NCBI GenBank assembly: GCA_004431415.1 | Contig: QPMI01000092.1 | Coordinates: forward strand, 62,001 to 126,000 | From: Cyanophora paradoxa CCMP329 | Taxonomy: Eukaryota; Plantae; Glaucophyta | Direction: 5' to 3' | Length of the DNA: 64,000 nucleotides | Part shown: positions 55,637-64,000 of the stretch, one piece after another | Position numbering within the stretch: the first letter of the stretch is position 1 | Layout: every line of letters starts with the position of its first letter | Program-made: the position numbers and the translations under genes | Notes under the pieces: generated by a model | Database searches by the model: none | The model's input: the letters and a program-made list of their open reading frames with translations, nothing else | Told to the model about the DNA's origin: nothing

Positions 55637-55966
55637 GGGAATTTCTAGTGCGGTGTCAGCCAAGATGGCCTCTCAGTGGACACTAGAATGCCTAAGCTCA
55701 TACCCTAAAGTGAATTCACAATCAGCCTCAAAGGCTCTCCCGTTAGCTACCTCCTCGAAGCTAAATCGAAATTTATTTTTCAACCCCGAAGGTACCCCCG
55801 CACACGCCCTCCGGCACGTAATAGCAGAGGGAAACGTGTAAAACGATTTTGGTACACGCACGGCAAAATCAGATCGATCTAGATAGGGGAAGACGCTAAA
55901 TACCCATGGAACCGCGGCCCGGAGCGAAGCGAAGTGGCCGTAAGCGGGGTCCATGGGTGTACAACA
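55637..55966 (-). repeat. Right TIR
   Basis: Ends CCATGGGTGTACAACA; 15 bp extra relative to left TIR. Confidence 0.96.
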
Positions 55967-55972
55967 ATCGTA
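55967..55972. other. Target site duplication ATCGTA (right)
   Basis: Matches left flank. Confidence 0.95.
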
Positions 55973-58200
55973 GACTCGACGTCGTAGCCACGGAGGTACG
56001 TGCGGAGTGTGCTCTCAACGTAATTGACAGCGGCCGTTCGTCGGTTGGGGCGCATGAATGTTGGGCTGCGGTTCTGCGCGTCGGTGAAGGACGTCTTGAC
56101 ACGGTTCAGGAGGGACTCGACGACAGCAGCTCCTGGGAGCGTCAGCGTTGTCGTAGGTGCAGGCGGCGCGTCGGTTGTGTCCATGGCGCCGTCGGTGAAA
56201 GTGAAGACACGACGGGCGCACAGAGCGTTGACGATTGCCTGAACCGTAGTGTCAACATCGAATGCCTCGAGCTCCTTACGCAGTACACTCGTGACGTGGT
56301 TGGCCGCAGCCTGCCGCGTGCGAGGCGGCGGGGCGCCCGTGTTCGTGATGGCCATCGCTGCCATTTCAACCAAGTGTAACAGCTGCTCGCCCTCAGCGCC
56401 CCGGTAGGGCCGGCGAAGCTGCTCGTTGGTGTTCGAGATGTTAGTGTTAATTGCCGCGATAGTCGTCGTCTCACGGGCGATTGCGATCCACGTGCGCAAC
56501 GTTGTCACGTCATCCTCAGTGGCCGTGTCTGCAATGATGCGTGTGACGGCCGCATTCAGACGCTTGTGCTCACTGTGGCCTTTCGGGTTGATGAGCGGGC
56601 GGGTCGCCAGCAAGTGCCAATGCGGGTGGCTGTGGTGAGCGTGAGTGCCGTCAGCGCACGGGATGCCGGGGTTCACGTCGAGCGCCGGCGGGATCGGGAA
56701 CCGCCCGTTCTTCGCGTGTCCGGAGATGTCGCGGGCGATCACAAAGAACTCCGTCTCCCTGGTCGGGTCACGAACGGGGTGCGACGTAGGGAGGCTTTCA
56801 AGCGCAGCGATGAGCGCGGAGTGAGCAGTACGAAGTCCGTCATTGGGCGCGTCACGACGGTGTGCCGAGGGAATGGGGCGGGCAACAAGGGTACCATTCT
56901 CCTGGCGGCCGACGACATGGGGTGGCAGTCAGCACACGTCTCGTTGGCGAAAGACAGGTCCCGACGGCGAGGCATGTGCGCATCCTCCGTGAATACCGCG
57001 GTACGGTAATTGGAGGCCTGCGTGAAGACGGGGTACATGTTGTCGTGGGGCTTGGGAAGCGGTGCGCGCGCGCCTCCTCCGAGTCGCCTTCCGCATCGAT
57101 AGCGTTGCGGACGCGAGCCCAGCAGACACCGGGGCCCTTCGGCTCGAGGTACGTCGTGAGCATCTGGAGGGCGGGGCAGTAAAGGATGGTACGCGCGTGG
57201 ATCTGGCGCTGGTCGCTCGAAGGGATGCCATCACGAAGCCAGTCAGTGCACTGGATGCCGTCGACGTGCATGCGGTTGTTAACACGGCGAGTGTGCATGT
57301 TGTAAGCAACGTTGTCGAGCCAGTCAGTGCAAAGGGGTACCAAGGACTCGCAGCCCTCGACCGCCGGTAGCGAGTCGATTTCGGGCATCTTGGCGGGCGG
57401 GGCCTTGTAGTTCGGGGTCGGCCGCCCACTTCCCTTCGAGACGTTCCCCTCCTGCTGCGAGGTGGCTGCGGGGGAGTCGGTGCTCGATTTGGAGGTTAGC
57501 GGGCCGAGTGCAGTGTCCATCGGCGACTCTGTGACGGGGTCCCCCAGGGCGCAGTACGTCCGGGTCTTCGGCTCCCGCACAGAGTCAGCGTCGGAGTTCG
57601 TGCTCTTCGCCGAGGGGGCGGCCGCGAAGGTGAGCGACCTCGTGACTGCGACGCGGGCGACGGGATTGATGGCGTTCGGGCGCGGGCGGTGCATACGGCC
57701 AAAGTTTCGAGTGAAGAGCGGGGTTTTCTTGGACGTGACGGGAGCCAAGGCGGCGGACATGCGAGTGTGGTCGTGCCGGCGGAGGCCAGCGTTGATGAGG
57801 TCGCGGATACTGCCGGCAGTGACGCCCCGCCGGGGCTGCGCACACCGAATTGGAACACGGGACTCGGCCGCAGTACGGCTTCCCGTTTCCATCTCTGTCG
57901 ACAAGTCAGACGGGGCCGGCGACGACGGGCCGGTCGCGTGAGTCGACGAGGGGACGGCGACGCGGGTTCAGCGACGGGGATGGCGACGGGGACGGGGCCG
58001 TCCTCTCCGCCGCCGACGTTACCGGCTGCGTCGCCGTCGTGGCGTTGACGTCCCGAACGAAGTGCGCGATGTCCGATGCCGAGGGCTGCGTCGGCGTGAT
58101 CGGGACAGTTTGCACCGGAGCGATCGGTACCATGGCCAGGCTGTCCGTCGTAGCCTCGGTCTCCCGGCCCGAGTCAGGACCACCGGACTGCACGGCGTCT
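55973..58200 (-). CDS. Retrotransposon polyprotein region downstream of gag (fragmented)
   Basis: ORFs 57906..58193, 56852..57904, 56739..57038, 55879..56742; frame continues across the virus insertion (YDVEST/ILLLVY). Confidence 0.7.
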
Positions 58201-60549
58201 CCGTGGTCAGTCGGGCGAGGGTTCGGGGCGGCGCGTTAGCGATGGGGCCGGTCGGGCGCGGAGACGGCGCGTCAGCAACGGAGCCAGTCGGGCGCGAAGG
58301 CAGCGCGTCAGTGACGGGGCCAGCCGGGCGCGAAGACGGCGCGTCAACAACGGGGCCAGTCGGGCGCGAAGACGGCGCGTCAACAACGGGGCCAGTCGGG
58401 CGCTGCATCGGGGCGGGATTGCCGAGGAGGGTGGCGTTAGATCCCGTCCCGCCTTGGCCGCCGCCTCCACCGCCGCTCTGGTAGCCGCCCCTGCCACCGC
58501 CGCGATGGCCACCACGGTGCCCGCCGCCTCCTGCGCCGCCAGCACCACCATCGGGGCCACGCTTCGGGGACGGACCGTGTGGGGGACCGCCGTCGTGCTG
58601 GCGCTTGCCACTGGGGCAGCGGTTCTGCGTGTGACCCTCCCCTCCGCAGTTGTAGCAGCGCACCGGCTTCGTGCACGCCGACGCGTGGTGGCCGTGCTCG
58701 CCGCAGTTCCTGCAAGGGGCGGTTTGTAGCTGCGCCGGAGCGACGGGTACAGAGTTCGACGGCGGGGGGACCGCGTTGTAGGACGGTGCCTGCGGGCCGC
58801 CAGGGATGAGGCCGCAGAGGCGGGCCGCAGCCAGGACCTCGGGGTCTTGGCAGCCTTGGTTGACGAATTTGAGTAGTTCCCGACGGTACGGGTGAGAGCA
58901 ACACTCGTGGTAGTCGTCAGAGTAGTGATGGATGTCCGCGGCTCCCAACGACCGACAACGTGTGCAAATGTGATCGTTGGTGCCGGGCCTCACCCTCGGG
59001 CGCGCGTCGCGCGGGTAGCCCTGGCTCGTACGGATCGCCGTGACCGTCTGCGTACGGGCGTAATCGTAGGGGCGGCCGATGGGCGGGCGATTGCCGTAGT
59101 CCTTCCCGGGCACCGGTGCGTGCCAGTCGCAGCAGCCGGGACGGGCTTGTGGCCCGGCGCCGGCTGCTGGGGCGCGGGGAGGGCGGATTGGTAGATCGGA
59201 TTGGTTGTCGGCGGGGTCGACGGCGTCGTGTGGACGAGATTGACCGAAGAGCCGAGTAACTGCGAGTGCGGGGCCGAGGGCGCAGGGGACGACGAAGGCG
59301 GTGGGGTGTACGGAGTGCCGCTGTACGGCGCCGTGTACCCGTCGTCGCCATCGTTGTCGTAATCGTACCCGTCGACGTTCGCCGCGTTGATGCTGGCGCC
59401 CTTCTTCGAATTCCCAGTAGGAATCGAGGGCTCCCCAGCAGTCGTCGTCACAATCAGAAAGCCCGCCTCCCGAATGAGCGACTGCGCACGAGTGCAGAAG
59501 AGGTTAAACCAGGTCTCCTTGTCCTTGGGAGTCATCCCATCGGTCGGCGACAGGTCCTGCGCCATCGTCTTCAGCTTCGGCAGTAGATTCAGCGCCAGGT
59601 CGTAATTGGCCTTGCGCTGCTGCTCGTACGGGAGGCCGGAGTACAGGCCGTGGTGTAGCGTCTTGCGCTCCGTGATCTGCTGCTCGAGCGTGTCATAGAC
59701 GTCCAGCGCCTGCACAGTGTGGCCCGTCTTGTCACGCGGCAGGTCAGTGAACGCGATGAGGTCACAGATGTTGGCGAAAATACGGTCCAGTTGAGTGCCA
59801 TCGTACGCCGCGATGAGCTCCTCCTTGAGACGCTTGCGCTCAGCGGGGTCAATCATGCGAACGAGGCTCTTAATGTACGAGGGGACGCCGCGAATAATGT
59901 CCGAGGGCATCTCAGCCCGGAGTTTGTCGACGACGGCCTGTCGCGTCTGGACGGCCTTCTGCGCCGCCTCCTTGGCCGCCTCCTCCGTAGCCGTCGCGAG
60001 TGTCGCCTTCGCCTTCGTGAGCTCGCTCTCTGCGTCGACGAGGTTTTCGACGAGAGACCGGTGCAACTCGACCGTCGAACGGTAGACTTCCGTTAGTCCG
60101 CCGGCAGCGAACGGACACCGAAATCGACGGCGTGGTACGCCGCCTGCGAACCGTCGTCCAGCAGGGAGTACTTCTTGTCTCCGCGAGTAGCCGAACGGAT
60201 GGCGTTGTGATGTTGGAAGACGCCGTTGGGCGAGACGGGAATCCCGGTGGTGTGGCCCATCTTGCCGTCCTCCATCTTGATCGCCTGCGGCGGCTCCGCG
60301 CCCATGACCCGCCGGCGCGCGATCTCCTCGGCGTGCGCCGCTGCGACTCGGGCCGTGCGGTTGAGCATTGTCAGTTGGCCGGGGGAAGGTCGGGCCATCT
60401 CGCCGGAAGTCATGCCTTCGCGCTCCATCACGCGGTCGTTCGACGTAGACGTTGCCGTCGGGCCGCGACCGCAGTACGGTACGCGAGCTGGCCCGTGACC
60501 GTCGTTCGAGTCGGACCGCCGCAACCGATCCCCGATGCGCGCGCGGCAC
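58200..60549 (-). CDS. gag: Gag-like protein with two CCHC zinc knuckles (fragmented; start uncertain)
   Basis: CRNCGEHGHHASAC and CYNCGGEGHTQNRC followed by RGG-rich tract; helical upstream region. Confidence 0.85.
58238..58402 (-). repeat. 36-bp coding tandem repeat (~5 copies, RPTGPVVDAPSS)
   Basis: Visible in DNA and in ORF 58019..59113. Confidence 0.9.
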
Positions 60550-60852
60550 GAACGATGAGCCAGGGAGCTAGCCGATGCCGCGGTACGGCGGGCTGCTCCC
60601 CAACTGCGCGAGTGAGCGGCGGAGGCGCGTCCGAAGCTTCGAGAAGGGAAGCGTCGGCGGCGAGGCGGGTCAGCGGAGTGCGTCCGCCAGTAGCGGTGCT
60701 CTCCGAAAGCGTCAAGCGTTCGTCTCCTCGTAGTCCAGCGGGTTCACGCTCGCGGCCAACGGACGTGCGCAGCAAGTCCGTCAGCTGGCGTGCGCTGGTC
60801 CCGGCGAGGATGTTTTAGGAGGTTTTATACGTCCCAGTAGACCTTAGCAACC

Positions 60853-60868
60853 TTCCCGTAGCGTACCA
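60853..60868 (-). promoter_or_regulatory. Possible tRNA primer binding site
   Basis: Minus strand TGGTACGCTACGGGAA upstream of gag, 17 nt from a GTGACA (60886-60891) that could be an LTR end. Confidence 0.3.
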
Positions 60869-61264
60869 GCAGCAGGCGAGCAGGCTGTCACGTTGCAAGA
60901 GAAAGCTGCTAATCACAGACTACTGTGTACCCTAGGACACGGCTACCGGAAAGTATCAAGCTAGAGTCAGAAAAAGTAGCTAGGGTCGCATCTTCGTACA
61001 GGGGTACAGTGACTCAGGAAATCGCGAGAAGCCGCGGGTCAAGTCACGGTACTACTGCGAACGAAGTGCAAACGAAGCACTAACGGCTAGGAAACCCTAT
61101 CGGCAACAATGTCTCCTGAGTGATCCTCGCGCGCCCAGTTGCATGCAGCGCTCAGGGCACAGAATATAAGTCATTTACATGCTTTTGAAACAAAATATAG
61201 GCTAAATAGAGCGCTCGCGGGCCTCTGAGGCGAGAAAGCAAAGCTACACTAAGCTACGTGGCTA

Positions 61265-62735
61265 AGCTGCGGCGTCGGCCGCATCCTGGCGTCGTCCCCT
61301 CGCGTCCTGGCGGCGGCGCCGCGCGGCCTCCTGCGGCGGGGCGCGCGGCGGGCGGGCGGGGGGCGCGGGCGGGGCTGCACGGGCGGGCTCGGCGTGGGCT
61401 GGAGGCGTCGGCGGCGTCGCGGCGTAGTCCCCTCGCGTCCGGGGCGCCCGCGGCGGCGCCGCGCGGGCTCCTGCGGCGGCGGACGCGGCGGGCGGGCGGG
61501 GGCGCGGGCGGGGCCGCACGGGCGGGCTCGGCGTGGGCTGGAGGCGTCGGCGGCGTCGCGGCGTCGTCCCCTCGCGTCCGATGAGCTCGGGGGCGGCCCG
61601 GCGCGGGCTCCTGCGGCGGCGGACGCGGCAGGCGGGCGGGGAGCGCGGGCGGGGCTGCACGGGCGGGCTCGGCGTCCGCTGGCGGTGTCGGCGGCGTCCT
61701 GGCGTCGTCTCCTCGCATCCGAGGCGCTCGAGGGCGGCCCGGCGCAGGCTCCTGCGGCGGGGCGCGCGGCGGGCGGGCGGGGGCGCGGGCGGGGCTGCAC
61801 GGGCGGGCTCGGCGTGGGCTGGAGGCGTCGGCGGCGTCGCGGCGTCGTCCCTCGCGTCCGGGGCGCCCGGCGGCGGCGCCGCGCGGGCTCCTGCGGCGGC
61901 GGACGCGGCAGGCGGGCGGGGAGCGCGGGCGGGGCTGCACGGGCGGGCTCGGCGTCCGCTGGCGGTGTCGGCGGCGTCCTGGCGTCGTCTCCTCGCATCC
62001 TGGCGGCGGCGCCGCGCGGCCTCCTGCGGCGGGGCGCGCTGCGGGCGGGCGGGGAGCGCGGGCGGGGCCGCACGGGCGGGCTCGGCGTGGGCTGGAGGCG
62101 TCGGCGGCGTCGCGGCGTCGTCCCCTCGCGTCCGATGAGCTCGGGGGCGGCCCGGCGCGGGCTCCTGCGGCGGCGGACGCGGCAGGCGGGCGGGGAGCGC
62201 GGGCGGGGCTGCACGGGCGGGCTCGGCGTCCGCTGGCGGTGTCGGCGGCGTCCTGGCGTCGTCTCCTCGCATCCGAGGCGCTCGAGGGCGGCCCGGCGCA
62301 GGCTCCTGCGGCGGGGCGCGCGGCGGGCGGGCGGGGGGCGCGGGCGGGGCCGCACGGGCGGGCTCGGCGTGGGCTGGAGGCGTCGGCGGCGTCGCGGCGT
62401 CGTCCCCTCGCGTCCGGGGCGCCCGGCGGCGGCGCCGCGCGGGCTCCTGCGGCGGCGGACGTGGCAGGCGGGCGGGAGCGCGGGCGGGGCTGCACGGGCG
62501 GGCTCGGCGTCCGCTGGCGGTGTCGGCGGTGTCGCGGCGTCGTCCCCTCGCGTCCGATGAGCTCGGGGGCGGCCCGGCGCGGGCTCCTGCGGCGGGGCGC
62601 GCTGCGGGCGGGCGGGGAGCGCGGGCGGGGCTGCACGGGCGGGTTTGGCGTCCGCTGGCGGTGTCGGCGGCGTCGCTGTGTCTTCCCCTCGCGTCCGAGG
62701 CGCTCGGGGGCGGCCCAGCGCGGGCTCCTGCGGTT
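61265..62735. repeat. GC-rich minisatellite, ~141 bp unit, ~10 copies
   Basis: gcacgggcgggctcggcgt recurs at ~61377, 61516, 61657, 61797, 61937, 62070, 62211, 62352, 62492, 62632. Confidence 0.93.
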
Positions 62736-64000
62736 CTGGACAGCGGCACGCCGCGCCAGCGAGTGCGGACGTGTTCTGCGAGCGCAAATGATGCTCTTAG
62801 TTGTGCAGAACGCTGCTCTGGGTGCCGGCGTCGCACCACGCTCGCCCCCGCGAAGCGCCCCGCGCTCTCCCGAGGACACTGCGGCCGCGGTCAGCGGAGG
62901 TGCCGCCAGCGGACCGCAAACGCATGTTGGGCATTGTATAGGCGCAGAAGCATGTATGTGGCACCTTCGGAAGCGATACAGCGGCACCGGGAGCGACGGA
63001 TCGCCCGCAGTCACCGAAGCCGCGCAGGTCGGCCGTTCGCAAGGCGCGGAGCGTCCGCGGTGCTGGCTGTAGCTAGCTACGTGCCGGCTGGAACATATAG
63101 GACGTGCTGCCAGCGGCCAGACTAGGCCAGGCTCGCCGCGCGGGGCGTGCGACCGCGCGGAAGGCAGGGTGTCGGGTTGGTCGGCGGCGCGGGCGCCGGG
63201 GAGCTAGCCAGCGCGCCCAGCTACCCGCCTAGTGCTTCCGATACGTGCCCTGCGCTCTCCTGGCGCGGCGCTGCTACAGTCCGGGCCAGCTGCTTAACAG
63301 TTCCTGTACGCCCCCCGAGTAGCTCGGTTTCGCCGCAGGATAATGGATTTCCGAGTCGGCCATTTTGGGGTATACAAGGGCCTCACACGCAGAGCGCCAC
63401 GTGCACCTGCACATGGAGCTCTAGTGCCCCGTTCAGCACCAGATCTCCAGCTGGGTATCCATGGCCAGTCCACGTCCGCATCTTTTTCATCGTATTCGTA
63501 TGTCTGGCGGCGTGTCGAACTCGAACAGCGGACGCCGCCCTGAACGGTGAGCTCGCGATCGCCGTGGCCGGCGTCCGACGGGCGTCTCTCCCTGCGCGCT
63601 CTGGCGCTCCCGAGAGCGGGCCATGGCTCACGTCTCTCACCATGGGCACTGCGGCACACGTGCACCCTCGTTTCAGGTATCCGAGTCAGCCTCGCCGACG
63701 GGGCACAGGTCCGCGCACGCATTTGCATGAGAGTTCTCCAAGTTCACCTCTTGTGCTAAAAATGAAACAGGAAATACTATTCGCTGCACCACTTGCGGGT
63801 TGGGGCATCGGTGCACGCGGCGCAACGCACAGGATTGGAGTCATCGGCAAGAACATGTCGCAGCAGGTGAATATTAATGTTTGGTTCATTCATCTTTATG
63901 CGGAAAATTTCTCATGTGCATGTGGTGGCGCAGTTATTCTACGCCGATATCGATCTCGACAGGAACACGTACAATATCTACCGCTTCCTGCCCTCGGTTG

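Larger units (their letters stand above)
30592..55966. mobile_element. Complete endogenous Polinton-like virus / Maverick, 25375 bp
   Basis: TIRs 30592-30906 and 55637-55966, TG...CA ends, TSD ATCGTA both sides, pPolB + rve-INT + A32 ATPase + MCP + pentons; lower GC than flanks. Confidence 0.96.
1..60800 (-). mobile_element. Giant Ty3/Gypsy-type LTR retrotransposon (gag ... PR-RT-RH-INT), interrupted by a Polinton-like virus and a tandem duplication; 3' end beyond window
   Basis: Domain order on minus strand: CCHC gag (58.6 kb), DTG protease (5.15 kb), YVDD RT (3.3 kb), RNase H (2.5-2.85 kb), H2C2+DDE integrase (1-780). High GC throughout. LTRs cannot be verified because the second end is outside the window; right boundary approximate. 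Confidence 0.88.

Noticed and set aside
61249-63125. Long ORFs in several frames over the minisatellite, and many plus-strand ORFs over the retroelement
   Set aside because: Expected from stop-codon scarcity in very GC-rich DNA and antisense shadows.
63130-64000. Possible host exon(s)
   Set aside because: Short ORFs with no recognisable motif; cannot be supported.

Overview
Eukaryotic, probably protist, DNA made almost entirely of nested mobile elements. (1) A very large Ty3/Gypsy-type retrotransposon lies on the minus strand: gag with two CCHC knuckles at ~58-60.5 kb, then ~11 kb of unrecognisable coding sequence, then protease, RT, RNase H and a DDE integrase that runs off the left edge. 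(2) Inserted into its ORF is a complete-looking 25.4 kb endogenous Polinton-like virus (30592-55966) with TG...CA ends, ~315/330 bp TIRs and a 6 bp TSD (ATCGTA). It encodes protein-primed PolB, rve integrase, A32 ATPase, an NCLDV-like major capsid, two penton-like proteins, a patatin, a 1940 aa fibre with an S74 chaperone, and an HNH-AP2 protein. Unusually, it also carries an intron-containing divergent histone H3 and a two-intron CRESS-virus Rep-derived SF3 helicase, flanking a repeat-rich non-coding block. (3) A ~16.9 kb tandem duplication (6228-23123 / 23124-40046) copies part of the retroelement plus the left replication half of the virus. The differences I found between the copies are mostly 1-nt G/C homopolymer indels, so most frameshifts are probably long-read errors. 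(4) A ~141 bp GC-rich minisatellite sits at 61.3-62.7 kb. All assignments come from motif recognition by eye; no searches were run.
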